DNA of 64,000 bases. Origin: Octopus vulgaris (Eukaryota). The notes under the pieces were generated by a model that was not told where the DNA came from, made no database searches, and saw only the letters and a list, made by a program, of their open reading frames with translations. The stretch is from the NCBI GenBank assembly GCA_951406725.2, contig OX597814.1, positions 29,140,001-29,204,000 on the forward strand. The letters are read 5' to 3'. Shown in pieces: positions 14,425 to 28,427 of this stretch. The position numbers and the translations under genes were made by a program. Positions within the stretch are counted from its first letter, which is position 1; the number at the start of each line of letters is the position of its first letter.

Positions 14425-15085
14425 TATCATGATCATGATGATGGTGGTAGTGGTGGTTGTGATGGTAGTGATAGTGTGATGGTAATGATTGTGGTGTGGT
14501 GACTGACGTTAGAGCTGATCCCTTTTCATTGCTGCTGTTGTTGCTATTGTTGCTGCTGCTGCTGCTGTTTTTGTTGTTATTATTGTTGTTGTTGTGTTTG
14601 TGGTGGTGGTGATGATGGTGGTCGTCGTCGTCGTCATCGTCGTCGTCGCCGTCGTCGTGGAGATGGTGGTGATGATGGTGGTCGTGGTGGTCGTCGTCGT
14701 AGAGGTGGCGGTGATGGTGGTGATGATGGTGGTGGTGGTGGTGGTGGTCGTCGTCGTCGTCGTCGTGGAGGTGGTGCTGCTGATGCTGGTGGTGGTGGTC
14801 GTCGTCGTCGTCGTGGAGATGGTGATGATGGTGGTGGTGGTGGTGGTCGTCGTCGTCGTCGTCGTGGAGATGGTGATGATGGTGGTGGTGGTGGTGGTCG
14901 TCGTCGTCGTGGAGATGGTGGTGATGGTGGTGGTGGTGGTGGTCGTCGTCGTCGTCGTGGAGATGGTGGTGATGGTGGTGGTGGTGGTGGTGGTGATGGT
15001 GGTGGTGGTGGTGATGGTGGTGGTGGTGGTGGTGGTCGTCGTCGTCGTCGTCGTCGCCATGCTGTTGCTTATGATGATGATGATG
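14425..15085. repeat. (GGT/GTC/GAT)n compound microsatellite
   Basis: Visible triplet runs. Confidence 0.95.
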
Positions 15086-15419
15086 GCGATTCCACTGACT
15101 TTCTGTGTTTTCCCTTCAAGCAGAACTTTAGGTGGCTGCTGATGTCATCGATGACTCTGTGTCATCCCAGTCCAGTCTCACCCCACCCCCCACTCTCCCT
15201 CTTTCTCTCTCTCTCTCCCTCTCTCTCTCTCTCTCTCACTCTCTCTCTCTCTCTCTCTTTCTGTCCCTATTTTTCTCCCTCACACCTCTATAATCCCCGC
15301 GAGCCAGCAATCTCCGCCCCCCCACATACACCCGTATCCCATCTGCCACTACCGACGTCAGTCGCATCTACCGTCGATTTTGCCACATCTGCTGTTGATG
15401 TTGATGCTGCTGCAACTGC

Positions 15420-16090
15420 CGTTAACACCGCAATCAGCACCGCCGTCACCATCGCCACCGCCGCCGCCACCATCGCCACCGCTGCCATCACCATCGCCAC
15501 CTCCGCCGTCACCATCGCCACCGCTGCCACCACCATCGCCACCGCTGCCATCACCATCGCCACCACCGCCGCCACCATCGCCACCGCTTCCACCACCATC
15601 GCCGCCATCGCCACCGCTGCCATCACCATCACCACCACCGCCGTCACCATCGCCACCGCTGCCACCACCATCGCCACCATCGCCACCGCTGCCATCACCA
15701 TCGCCACCACCGCCGTCACCATCGCCACCGCTGTCACCACCATCGCCACCATCGCCACCGCTGCCATCACCATCGCCACCACCGCCGCCACCAACGCCAC
15801 CGCCGCCGCAACCATCGCCACCGCCGCCGCAACCATCGCCACCGCCGCCACCATCGCCACCGCTGCCTCCACCATCGCCACCGCCGCCCCCACCATCGCA
15901 ACCGCTGCCGCTACCATCGCCACACGCTGCCTCCACCATCGCCACCGCTGCCTCCACCATCGCCACCGCTGCCTCCACCATCGCCACCGCTGCCGCCGCC
16001 ATCGCCACCGCTGCCGCCACCACCATCGCCACCGCTGCCGCCACCATCGGCACCGCCGCCGCCGCCGCTGCCGCCGCTGCCGCTGCCATT
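15420..16090. repeat. GC-rich (ACC/GCC/ATC)-based minisatellite, units of about 21-30 bp
   Basis: Recurrent ACCATCGCCACCGCTGCC. Confidence 0.9.
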
Positions 16091-16985
16091 TCTCTACCAC
16101 AAGGTTCAGTAAGTCCAGTTTGATAACAATAATGCTTGACAGACTCGGGTGCAGGATGTGTGTTGGGGGTGAAATATATAACCTTATATTTCTTATTGTT
16201 ATTATCCTTATTGTTGTTGTAGCTGCTGCTGCTCATGGTATTGTTACTACTGCTAACATTATTTATTCCAAAATATTTGTTTTCGCTTCAATATCCAAAC
16301 TGTATTTTTAATCTCAGGTCAACCATGTTCGGGGAGACATATCTTCAACGGGAGCCCATCCATGACCATCCTGTATTTTTCTCTATTCACAAAGAATCTA
16401 GGACCACATATCACATTATTCAGCAGGTTCTTTGTTCGACGATAAGAGTATAAAATGAGAGAGATCTGACTGCTATTTCTAGCAGCTTAAACAACCATAT
16501 AGAAGCTCTCACTCTCCCTCGTTGGCTTTAACTTTTGGCACAGTTCTTAGTGTTGGAAAAAGTGCTTTGCGGAATTTGTTCTTGCTCTTTATGTTCTGAG
16601 TTCAAATCCCGCCAAGGTCATCTTTACCTTTCATCACTCCGGAAGCAAAATACGAAAAACTTAGGCCAATGTAATTGACTCACCCTCTCGCTCAAAATTG
16701 CTAGTTTTGCGATAAATCAGAAGCCATTATTGTTATTATTATTATTATGATTATTATTATTATTGTTGTTGTTCTTGTTGTTTTTTTTCTTTTTTTCTTC
16801 AAATTTTCTTCCATTTCTCGCCGAGTGTTTTCCGCATACCTAAGGCAGAGAAGTTCATTGCAATGGAACTTTTGATGTATTTTTATCAAATAGTAGTAGT
16901 ATTTTTTTTATTATAGGTACAAAACCTGCAATTTTCTGGGGAAGGAACTAATTGATTACATTAACCTCCAGTGCTCAGCTGGTAC

Positions 16986-17359
16986 TTTCTAATTGATGTA
17001 TAAATACCAGCAGATGACAACGTGTCTCTAAAAGAAATGGAAAAACTTTCAAAATACAAAGACCTGGAAATAGAGGTAACTCGAATGTGGAAAATAAAAA
17101 CAGAAACAATTCCTATCATGGTAGGCGCATTAGGTATGATAAAAAATATATTCAGACAAATACATAACAAAAACACCAGGACTTACAAATATATATAACA
17201 TACAGAAAATTGCACTACTGGGCACCGCACACATCCTACGCAAAACACTTTCAACACAGTAACCATAAGAGCATCACAACAAACCACTGCACATACCCAA
17301 GGCACACAGAGCTGCGCTCGGTAGTGAAGTGAAAGCACGATATAAAAATAAAACTACTA

Positions 17360-17415
<56 letters not shown>
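16986..17415 (+). mobile_element. 3' end of an R4/Dong-like non-LTR retrotransposon (restriction-like endonuclease tail) ending in (AAT)n
   Basis: Translates LIDV*IPADDNVSLKEMEKLSKYKDLEIEVTRMW...IPIMVGALG...IQKIALLGTAHILRK. The same family occurs at 39268-39690. Confidence 0.85.
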
Positions 17416-17419
<4 letters not shown>

Positions 17420-17766
17420 CATCATAGCCGTGGGGGAGCATCATAGCCATGTGTTGAGAGGGATTCTTTGGAGTTTGAATAATTCACCTCTGGAAACATG
17501 GGTGGTTCTTTCAACATCCTTAAATAACCCTTATTCAGGGACCTTTTGAGCGGGATGGGCTACTCAACCTGAAGAAAATTCTAACTGGGCCCCACCTGCA
17601 AGGTCATGTACTGTTTATCTTGATATGAGATTACCATGTTGCGCACATATGGTTGTGATGCATGTGCCTGGTGTACCCTTATCAGACGAGTAGTCATGAT
17701 GGGTATATTGGGCTTCGTATGTTTTACCCCAGTGTCACTTTGATGGCATGAACTGCTCTCTCACTC

Positions 17767-17798
<32 letters not shown>

Positions 17799-17820
17799 TA
17801 ATAATAGCAACAACAATAAT
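17416..17820. mobile_element. (AAT)n-flanked non-coding repeat family
   Basis: Homologous to 45580-45900. Both copies abut R4/Dong-like tails. Confidence 0.75.
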
Positions 17821-18669
17821 CCTTTCTATTAAAGGCACAAGAATCATAGATGAAGGGGGCATTATAAGGACAGGCAACAATTTGTGTGGGGTTTTACATA
17901 AAGGATGGGGGGAAAAGAAATGGAAAAGACTATGAAATAGGCACGCAAATAGGATGGATGCGCAATATAAAAACCTCCCACGCTTTGTCTCTCGTTCTTA
18001 GAAGCCCTGAAAAAGGAGTTCTTAAACCATAATATCAGAATGAATGAATGAATTAATTAATTACAGTATTTTTCGAAAATATTTTGACAAATTAAACTTA
18101 AATGTTGAAGTGAATCGAACGGCTTTTGTGTGTTTCTTAAATGGCTTATAAACACCTTCCACGCTGCAATTGTTTTCGTTTCAGCACACGATCTCAGATC
18201 AAATTACTTGCTATGCGAGTACATCTCCGTAGTATTTTTAAGGTAGCATTTCAATGTCGCATTCTATTACACACAGGTTTTCTAAACTAAAAGTATTTTT
18301 GTGATAACAACCAGTAAAATCAGACGTATAAACAATATCTATATTAAGAAGAAAATTTTCTCATTTGTTTTTGTCAATTCAACTGACTCTTTGTCGGTTT
18401 GGCTTTCGTAAATATATTGAAAGTTGCATACTGCGCATCCACGAAGAATAGGTGAAACTATACTGTTTTTTGTTTTGTTTTGTTTTTTTTTTAAATTCTA
18501 TTCTGGACCGTAAAGTAAACGATACCACAAGCCAGTATCAGACGAGGGAAACGTTTTCGTGATCGATACGAGACAAAAGCTCGAGTTATTTGTGACGTTA
18601 TTATTAGCTGATGCTCCAATCGAAAACCGACTGCGTAGCAAGAAGGGTAAACGAAAAAAGTATTTTTTA

Positions 18670-18965
18670 TTTTACAATAAACAAGAAATATTTAATGTAG
18701 ATAAGATTCGTACTTTTTATCAGTTACCTCATCACATTTTCGCAGCCTAATAAGATCCATAAAAATGAGGGTAAAAGACAAGAAAACAACATTTAGTTGT
18801 TGTTGTTGTTGTTGTTGTTCGCTGTAACGCGATGGAAATTGAAAAAGTATGTCCCTTTTTTATTGTAAAATCAAAAAATTTAAGCTGTTTCAAAAATGTA
18901 GAATATATTTCAGTGAAATATGATGCCAAGAAAAAGGATTGGATGACAAGACATTTGTTTGCCAC
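18670..18965 (+). pseudogene. pogo/Tigger-type transposase fragment (DDE_1-like)
   Basis: YNKQEIFNVDKIRTFYQLP...CNAMEIEKVCPFFIVKSKNLSCFKNVEYISVKYDAKKKDWMTRHLF matches the IFNxDETGLFY...CNAxGxEKLxPxxIGKSxxPRCFK...YxANKKAWMT pattern. Confidence 0.75.
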
Positions 18966-19055
18966 TTAATTAATTAAACCATAGGAAAATAAAGAAAATA
19001 AAATGGAAAATCTTATTGTTGGTAAAGAATTCTTTTTATGTATAGCAAATTCCAT

Positions 19056-19380
19056 TATTACCTCCGCCTTAGCGAAGACGGAGGTATTTTTTCAGTCGTG
19101 TTTGTTTGCTTGTTTGTCCGTGGACAAGATATCTCAAGAACCGCTGGATGGATTCGGATGAGACTTTCAGGAATGTTTGGCCTCGTGACTAGCACAAACT
19201 GATTAGATTTGGGGATCGATTCAATACTGGACAAGGATTCTAGATTACTTTTCCTGTTTTTTTTTTTACTTAATTTTTGAGAGGAGTCGGGTTCATTTTT
19301 AATATTCTCGGTTGTGAGAGCAGTCGAGTTTATTTCAGATATTCTCATTTTAAAAACCATTTCTGGCTAATCGTTGAGAG
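19056..19380 (+). mobile_element. Probable Helentron/HINE-type non-autonomous element
   Basis: Starts TTATTACCTCCGCC...GACGGAGGTA (short hairpin) followed by a GTTT microsatellite, the usual HINE/DINE-like layout. Confidence 0.5.
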
Positions 19381-19689
19381 GACGTTGGTGTTGTCGTTAG
19401 TGTTGTATTTGAGTCGGTTGAGTTTGAGGTGTGTACGCTCCATGTGAGTGCTGTTATTTGTTGAATTGTTGGATTGTTGTTACCTGAAATTGTTGAATTT
19501 GTTGTTACCGTTTTTTGATTTTCTTCCCCACATATGGGTGAGGTTGTGAACAATATTGTAATGGAAGGCACACCAGCGGAAGCGGGCAGTTGTGCTGCGG
19601 TGATTTGCAGGGGCCTGCCAGCAGAGATGCTGCAGGTTTGAGAATTTAAATTGAAGGAGAAAAACTTCAAGAAAAGTAATGATTTATTG

Positions 19690-20930
19690 CGAATGGAGGG
19701 AGATGGCCTGAGGTTGACGCCTTCTAAGGAACGGAGAAGAAAACAGTTGTATACAGAACGTTGAATATTGCAACGAAATGGGTGGAAGTAGCAGCGGTGG
19801 AAGCGGTCGAAAGGTGCCCGAGAGAGAGAGAGGTGAGAAGTGTAACGATGTACTGCACCAGAGGAGGGAAGTACGGCACAGTGGAGGTGCGCTTCGTGAG
19901 TGAGGGAAAAACGAGAAAGTGGTCCACTGTGCCTTTGAGATCAGCGGAGTGGGCACTGCTACCGATTTGATGTGGCAAGCGTGCGGCCAGTGTAAGAATG
20001 GATGGAGTGCTCCCAGAAATTGATGAGGCATGACTGGTGGCAGCCATCCTCTTGAATACAGAGGAAGACACCGGAATATTGAAAATGTCGAGAACTACGG
20101 AGGTGAACTGCTGGCGGGGGGGGGGGGCTGGAGGTATTGGTCCATATAAGCTTGCAAGATTGCAGAAGAATTGGTGCTGCCAGATGAAACAGGGTGGGGA
20201 ATAGTGATGGAAGGAGGACCGCCTGTGTGTTTTCTATGTGGAGTGGGGAGAAACATGAAAGTTGGGTGTCCCCAGAAACACAAAGAGGAGGAGACAGAGA
20301 AGGTATAGCAAGAGGAGCAGGGTGCAACGGTGGAGGAGGAGAGAATGGAAGAGCAATATTCAATGGTAGAAGGAAAGAAGAGTGTCTCAGACTCACCACC
20401 AAAGGGTCCGAGAGGGGAAAGAAGGGCAGGTGGGGAGGAGAGGCAGTGTGAAAAGCAGGGGAATGCGAATGAGAGGATGGGTGAAAGGTCTACGAAGGTA
20501 AGTGAGGAACGAACGCAGAGACCATCAACTAGCAGGGAGGAAGGAGTGCGGAGGAGAGGGGAAAGTGAAGGAGAGATAGCAGCACGGAATGGGAGACGGG
20601 CAGCGGCGGAGGAGGGATTGGTGAGGAGAGATGGAGAGTGACACCTAAAAGGAGGGACTTTAGAACAACGGTGCAATGCCCAAAAGGTTTTTGAGATGGA
20701 GAAGAGGATTACCAAGATGAGGAGCGTTGTAAGAGTGAAATTGGCGGCCGGAGAGGATAACGAGGGTTTGAGGGCTGTTTTATTGGAAGGGGAAAGGAGA
20801 GATAGTTTGAAGGAGTTGTTTGGTGGGAATGGAGATGACAGGGATACAGATTTGTTACTTCGAATTGCCGCCGGTGGTGGCCTTCGAAGATTTGATGGAG
20901 TATATTTTATAAATAGTGACTTTGTGTGAT
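19690..20930 (-). pseudogene. Highly decayed Penelope-like reverse transcriptase remnant
   Basis: GC-richer island. The fragments HPTFMFLPTPHRK...QAYMDQYLQP and PLVQYIVT...HFVAIFNVLYTTVFF resemble, in order, the PLE RT motifs PxFYxLPKIHK...YLDxxLQP and RYIDD...FxxxLNxxHPxIKFT. Confidence 0.4.
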
Positions 20931-20971
20931 TTTTAAAAAAGGAAAACCAACAGATACAAGACTGATATTGA

Positions 20972-21396
20972 ACTCTCTTTTACTCTCTTTTACTTGTTTC
21001 AGTCATTTGACAGCGGCCATGCTGGAGCACCGCCTTTAATCGAGCAAATCGACCCCGGGACTTATTCTTTTTTTGTAAGCCCAGTACTTATTCTATCGGT
21101 CTCTTTTGCCGAACCGCTAAGTGACGGGGACGTAAGCATACCAGCATCGGTTGTCAAGCAATGCTAGGGGAACAAACACAGACACACAAACACACACACA
21201 CACACACACTTATATATATATATATATGTACATATATACGACAGGCTTCTTTCAGTTTCCGTCTACCAAATCCACTCACAAGGCATTGGTCGGCCCAGAG
21301 CTATAGCAGCAGACACTTGCCCAAGGTGCCACGCAGTGGGACTGAACCCGGAACCATGTGGTTGGTTAGCAAGCTACTTACTACACAGCCACTCCT
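20972..21396 (-). mobile_element. SINE S1, full length
   Basis: Complete head, internal microsatellite and (AAAAGAGAGT)n tail. Confidence 0.9.
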
Positions 21397-21770
21397 TCAT
21401 TTAAAAACGGTAAAATGGATCTACCTGCTTATGGGGGGATAGATAAGCTGATCCATCCTCATTTTCATTATATCCATAATTCATTCGATGTATGCTTTTA
21501 TGTACCCCTTTATATTATTTTGTCTGTTCTTGTGCTGTTCCTTCTCTATTGAGGCCTTGTGCCTATTTAAAGAAATAAGGACGTTGGTGTTGCTTTGGTG
21601 GAGGTTTGCGCTCTCTGAGTGCTTTTGTTTTAGATAATATTTCGAGAATTTCCCCACAAAATTGTACAGCAGATTTACACCTGCTTGATTTCGGAATAAG
21701 TCGTACCTTGAAAACTCATACCTTAAAAACTCAGTACAGAAAAAAAATATATTATTCGAAAGGTGGCGAT

Positions 21771-21987
21771 AAGCCACCGAGCTGGCGGAATCATTAGCAA
21801 GCCGGGCGAAATACTTCGCGGTATTTCATCCGTCTTTTCGCTCTGGGTTCAAATTTCGTCGAGGTCGACTTTGCCTTTCATCCTTTCGATGTCGATAAAA
21901 AAAGTGCCAGTTGAGCGCTAGGGTCCATGAAATAGACTTACCCCTCCCCCGAAACTGCTGGTTTTGTCCCAAAATTTGAAACCAATA
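21771..21987 (+). mobile_element. SINE family S2, diverged
   Basis: GAGCTGGCGGAATCATTAGC...GAGGTCGACTTTGCCTTTCATCCTTTCG. Confidence 0.8.
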
Positions 21988-22708
21988 TGAATAATGGCGA
22001 GGCAGTTCGAGCAGTTGATGTGAAACAAACGATCGATATGATAGTAGCAGAGCAGTGGGCACTGAAAAAAACTATCGTAAAATGTTGGCAAAATATATCG
22101 GTTTTTACACGTCTTCAGAAACAGTCTTTAGTAGTGACGAGATTTGGTTTGGAAGAAAACGAAAGTTATAAAAAGGCATCAGCATTATGGGAATTCGTTT
22201 TCAGGCATAACATATTTTCCACGAAATTTGGAACATATTTTACAGTGGATGATTGATTGTTAGTGTCACATGATGGCTAGATCATGCCAGATAGCTGAAA
22301 ATGTTGAGAAAAATAAAAAAAGAAGGGTGAAGAAAAAGTAAAAGAAACGGAAACAGGCGTTTCAATTCGACAAAAAAATAACTCCATCACAAGCACACGC
22401 TGGTATTGAAGAAGCACAATTCTATTTTCCCGCCTTGAAATATCAGATACTGTCTTTCAATAATGAGAATAGAATTAAAAACTTTCTGTTAAGTTCAATA
22501 GAATATTACTGATATATTTCGGAATTGGACTATTGATAATGTTCCATTAACTGATTATTCTTATATATCATTGCACGAATAAAAGTGTATTTACAATTTG
22601 TAACTCTTCTTCGTTATTATTCCGTATTTGGCTTCGCGAATATGTCAGACTTCAAGATGAAAAAACATGAAATAAATCGAAGTGATGAATATATCCGAAT
22701 AATATATA

Positions 22709-22938
22709 TTTCTTTACTACCCACAAGGGGCTAAACACAGAGGGGATAAACAAGGACAGACAAACGGATTAAGTCGATTACATCGACCCCAGTGCGTAAC
22801 TGGTACTTAATTTATCGACCCCGAAAGGATGAAAGGCAAAGTCGACCTCGGCGGAATTTGAACTCAGAACGTAACGGCAGACGAAATACGGCTACGCATT
22901 TCGCCCGGCGTGCTAACGTCTCTGCCAGCTCGCCGCCT
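22709..22938 (-). mobile_element. SINE S2, full length with 12-bp TSD
   Basis: TSD GAATAATATATA at 22697-22708 and 22939-22950. The central GCCTTTCATCCTTTCGGGGTCGATAAATTAAGTACCAG resembles the Meta/MESC SINE domain. Confidence 0.9.
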
Positions 22939-23964
22939 GAATAATATATAATATATCTGAATAATATATACATACATGTATACGCTCACATTAACACACA
23001 CACACACATGTATGTACATATATATGTGTGTGTGAGTATGGGTAGATGGCTGGCTGGCTGGATGGATGGATGGAGGGAGAGAGAGAGGGATTGATGGATG
23101 GATGGATGGATATCATAAAATACATAGCAAGAAAGAAAATAATCAAGTTTAAAGTTTTTAAATTATAATTTATTTTTCAATCAAAGTTATAATAAAATGG
23201 AAAATTAATAAAAGAACTTAACTGATCATAATAGAAATATATATGAAATGTTCTTCTTGTGTATTTTAAGCCACATATATGTGTGTTTATGCGTGTGTTT
23301 GTGTGTGTGTGTGTGTTTATGTTTGTGTTTGTGTGTGTGTATTTGCATACATATGTACATACATGCATGTATACATACATACATACATACATTTTTCATT
23401 TTCATTTAAAAATGCGAGGTAATAGCGAAGGAACACCGAATTTCACACACACACACACACACGTACGCATGCATACACACACACAGATACACACATAGAC
23501 ACACAAGCACAAATACACACACACACACAGACGCACAAGCACAAATACACACATACACAGATGCATGCACATCAGGCACCATCTGTGATTTAATTGCTAT
23601 ATTTACAAACACGTGAAATCTGCAGGAGAAAAGTTATAGCAAGCTATGCTGCTGCAGGTAATGGATTCTCTGGAAAGTATCTATGTTTTTAATGCATCTT
23701 TACACCACAACATATCGCTGGATCATCAACATCACACTATCATGTGTGCGTGTGTGTGTGTGTGCGCGTGTGTGTATTTTTCTGTGCGTGCGCGCGCACG
23801 TGTGTGTGTGTGTGTAATAAGTTGCCTTTTGCAATTTTACCGCGATATCTTACGAAACCAGTGAGTTCGATTTTCCCCACAAATACCCAAAGAAGCCTTC
23901 GTGGGCTTAATTTCACAACGAGCCTAAATACATGTAGATATGACATCTTATACATTACTTATCA

Positions 23965-24230
23965 ACCAGGTGCCTTCCTTATGACGAAGGATCTGCTTCC
24001 GAAGCCTCTCTAGTTTCCTTCGTGTTGTGTTACATGTATACAATCAGTTCAGTACTTGCTTCCAGTCCATTCTTTGATGTGGTCAGTTTACAAATGTCTT
24101 TGATGAACATTGCTCTCTTCTCCTCCACACTTGCAGTGACGATGGTCTTGGGCAATGATTCGTAACGCATTGTATGTCTAAGATATCATAGCTTTGTGGG
24201 CTTGATTCTCGACAACAAATGTCTTAAGCT
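23965..24230 (-). mobile_element. RTE-clade LINE 3' fragment
   Basis: RHLLSRIKPTKL*YLRHTMRYESLPKTIVTASVEEKR...DHIKEWTG resembles the RTE C-terminus. Confidence 0.6.
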
Positions 24231-24239
24231 ACTCAAATA

Positions 24240-24560
24240 GCAGAACGGGGTGCCACTGCATAGTGCCAAAAATCCCAGCATTGCCATTAAGATACAGATC
24301 AAATACTGCAACAACTTGAGTTTCAAGAGCTAAAAGCTCTTTAATATCCCCCCCCCCAAAAAAAAAAGAGCTATGGGGTGGATATAGGTGTCTTGAAAAC
24401 AAAACTGGATCTCCTCCTGTCAAGTGTTCCGGATGAAGCAGCCTCACAGCAAGAAACATAGATGAGGGCGGCAACATTAAATTCCCACATTCACAAAATG
24501 CCACATATCAGAGGAGGTCTCATGTGGCGAGAGTGTAGCAAAGCTCACGGTTTTGTCACA
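24240..24560 (+). mobile_element. CR1/Jockey-group LINE 3' fragment
   Basis: RTGCHCIVPKIP...KLFNI...GVDIGVLKTKLDLLLSSVPDE, matching the LFNxLP...FKxxLDxxLxxVPD tail. Confidence 0.65.
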
Positions 24561-25267
24561 GCATGGCCACAATTCTCGATCTGGAACTAGTAAACAAAAA
24601 TACAGTCTAAGTAAGCACTTTGTTTCTTTTTGTTCTTACGGGACTCACTTAGATCGAAGTGGGCACACTGCGGTATTCAGATTCGTATATGATAGAACTT
24701 CAATATTTTTGTTAAAATCATGTTATATAAGGCATTTTTCGTTGTTTTATAGGGAAAGAAAGCAGTTCTCCATGGTTCTTCTCAGAATCTCTAAAGTAGT
24801 TGGAGAGAGGGAAGGAATGAGATCCTATTCCCAAATGGGAAACGTGATTTGAATGATTGTAGACTCCAGTTTCCAACGAACTAGATGTTTACAGAGCGAC
24901 CAATTAATTGAGGCCTATACTCCAGAGTCTGTTACGTAAATATTCGTTTGTACGATACATACATATGATAGGATCAACGTTTAACTTTTAGCGGTCACAG
25001 GTATTCATCAAAGGATAATGAATTCTAATATTTGTTTCCACAAGACTGTATTATTAATTCTCAACAGCGGAGTATACGAGAATGATATACAGTACAAAGC
25101 AGGTGGCAATGTAAAATACATCAGCATTCTTTAAAATATATTCATGGCGTGCATACATACAAACATTCATTGAGCTTCTACGTTCATGCAAGTGGTTGCG
25201 TAACTGCAGTTCTTTAGTCAATCAATAATGGATATATAGATAATTGCGTGCGTCTATATATATATAT

Positions 25268-25343
<76 letters not shown>

Positions 25344-25571
25344 GTATGTATGGATGGATGGATGTATGTATGTATGTTTGTATGTATGTTTGTATGTATG
25401 TATGTATGTATGTATGTATGTATGTATGTATGTATGCATGTATGTATATATATATATATATAGGTACTGTAAGTTTAGAGGGAATACTTGATAAGTGTAA
25501 GCACCTGTGTATGCCAGATAGTGGCAGAGGTGAGAGACTATATCAATGTGTTCTGTTTCAATTTATGTTTG

Positions 25572-25698
<127 letters not shown>

Positions 25699-25839
25699 TG
25701 TATTCTCTTTTTGGAATATCAGCATTAGCTAATATTCCAAAAGCACATGCATAAAGCTATAAATAACATCATGTAGCTATTGGGTTGAAAACACTTTTGG
25801 ACATATATAAGTATATAAATATATATGTAGGCATACGTG

Positions 25840-25883
<44 letters not shown>

Positions 25884-26133
25884 TATATATATAAATATAT
25901 GTATATATATATTTGGAGACATGGTTTGAGAAAAGACCCCAGAATAAGCATCCTCCTTTAAATACCATACTGTGAACCACTGAGATTGTAAAGAATTGAA
26001 ATATGGTCTTGTCAAACAATTATATTGCTAGAATGAACACATAAAATTTGCGCTTCTACCTTTGTGAAGCTGCATTGGATACCTTACCTCTCTATACACA
26101 CAGTGCGCGCACATCTATATATATGTATGTATG

Positions 26134-26194
<61 letters not shown>

Positions 26195-26210
26195 ATATAC
26201 ATGTTTATGC

Positions 26211-26257
<47 letters not shown>

Positions 26258-26266
26258 TGTGTGTAA

Positions 26267-26317
<51 letters not shown>

Positions 26318-27064
26318 CGTGTATGTGTATTTATATCTACGTAGTTAAATACATAGATATTTGCATACATACATACATACATACATACATGCATACATAC
26401 ATACATACATACATACATACATACATACATACATACATACATACACACATACATACACATATAGAATCATAGATGCACGTACATACATGCATGTACATAA
26501 ATTTTAGTGTGTTTGTTTATATATTTATCCATGTTTATACTTACATATTTGGAATTGCCATTCATCTCTGACATGCATGTACAACATGATAAAATTGATA
26601 GCCATGGGACGAGCCAAGCAAATATGGCGGATTTGAGCAGACTGCTGAGCTGAGCAGTGGTGATGGCGGTGGTGAGGGGGAGTGGATTTTATTGTGTATG
26701 TGAAAAGGGTGGAGGTGATGGTGATGCAGTTGGAAGGGGACGGTGAAGTAAGACAGCCTCTGTTCATACATCCGTAGTGCAGTGATACCTCACCGAAATT
26801 TCTCGGTGACACCATCACTACCATCAGGACAACCACCACCACCTCCACCACCAACATCCTCACCGTCACTGTCACACCAATAGCACCACCAACAACAACA
26901 CTACCACAACGCATCACTACCTTTTTTCCCACCACTACCACTACAACCATCACCAACACCATCGCCTTCTTCAGCGCTACTACCTCCATTTATCGAAAAC
27001 TTGCACATGTTAAGCCAACTATGGTGGCTGAGGCGATGGTTAAGGGCGTAGCAGCACCAGCAAC

Positions 27065-27168
<104 letters not shown>

Positions 27169-27178
27169 TAGCAGTAGC

Positions 27179-27223
<45 letters not shown>

Positions 27224-27494
27224 TGTTGTTTAGGACCCCAATTCAGCCTTAATCAAACTGGCCTAACATCAACGATAATCCAGATGTGACCAGACCGTCC
27301 TTTTCTAAGACGCTGGAATGTTATTCTAAAGACACTTGGTTGCTATTTCCAGCTCATCGATCGACCACGTAGAGACTCTCATGCTGATTCGTGTTGTTAG
27401 TGAAAGTGATGGTGATACAGAATCATGGCTTAGGTTACAGTTGGGATATTCTTTGTGGTGGTTGCTATGGTTGCTATGATACATACATACACAA

Positions 27495-27538
<44 letters not shown>

Positions 27539-27584
27539 GAGTGTGTGTGTGTCTGTGTGTGTGTACGTAACGCACACGCATACA

Positions 27585-27622
<38 letters not shown>

Positions 27623-27814
27623 GAAATGAGGTACTCAGAAAATCGGATGGTTTATATTTACAGATATTTATTTGTATATTACATTTTTTATATATATTAT
27701 ATCACTTAAATCATTAGCGCTTTCTCCTATTCTAGTGGGGTTTTCAAATCAAACAGTTTGATTTGAAAACCCCACAAAAATGGGAGAAAGCGCTAGGCTG
27801 AAACAAGTAAAAGT

Positions 27815-28103
27815 GTGTGGTAAGTAGCTTGCTTACCAGCCACATGGTTCTAGGATCAGTCCCACTGCGTGGCACCTTGGGCAAGTGTCTTCTACTATAG
27901 CCTCGGGTCGACCAAAGCCTTGTGAGTGGATTTGGTAGACAGAAACTGAAAGAAGCCTGTCGTATATATGTATATATATGTGTGTTTGTGTGTGTGTGTG
28001 TGTGTATGTGTGTGTGTGTGTGTGTGTGTGTTTGTCCACCCAAAGACGGTGCTCCAGCATGGCCGCAGTCATATGACTGAAACAAGTAAAAGAGTAAAAG
28101 AGA

Positions 28104-28105
<2 letters not shown>
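27815..28105 (+). mobile_element. SINE S1 with internal deletion
   Basis: The S1 head and tail are both present. Confidence 0.85.
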
Positions 28106-28141
<36 letters not shown>

Positions 28142-28171
28142 CTCAGACGCCATTAGAAATGCTTACTGTTC

Positions 28172-28230
<59 letters not shown>

Positions 28231-28321
28231 TCCCGGGTTGAGTCTGGGTTAACCACAGTAAATAACAGTAAATAAGGTACTCAATACATAGCAGAGTAAA
28301 TTAATTTATTTTATAGACGGA

Positions 28322-28370
28322 GCTTCTACAGGACTAGAACTGTTTCATTCAAAAGAAATCATCAGGAAGC
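28322..28370 (-). ncRNA. Type I hammerhead ribozyme, family A, canonical CUGAUGA core
   Basis: GCTTC-CTGATGA-TTTCTTTTGAAT-GAAACAG TTCTAGTC CTGTA-GAAGC. Confidence 0.75.
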
Positions 28371-28380
28371 CTGATGATTT

Positions 28381-28427
28381 CTTCCTGATGATTTCTTTTG
28401 AATGAAACAGTTCTAGTCCTGTAGAAG
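28381..28427 (+). ncRNA. Type I hammerhead ribozyme, family A
   Basis: CTTC-CTGATGA-TTTCTTTTGAAT-GAAACAG TTCTAGTC CTGTA-GAAG. Confidence 0.7.

Noticed and set aside
15142-16311. 389-aa ORF with antifreeze-glycoprotein or mucin-like TIATAA repeats and a hydrophobic tail
   Set aside because: The repeat is stop-free in most frames, the repeat frame shifts mid-ORF, and the flanking parts derive from (CT)n and (TTA/TTG)n runs.
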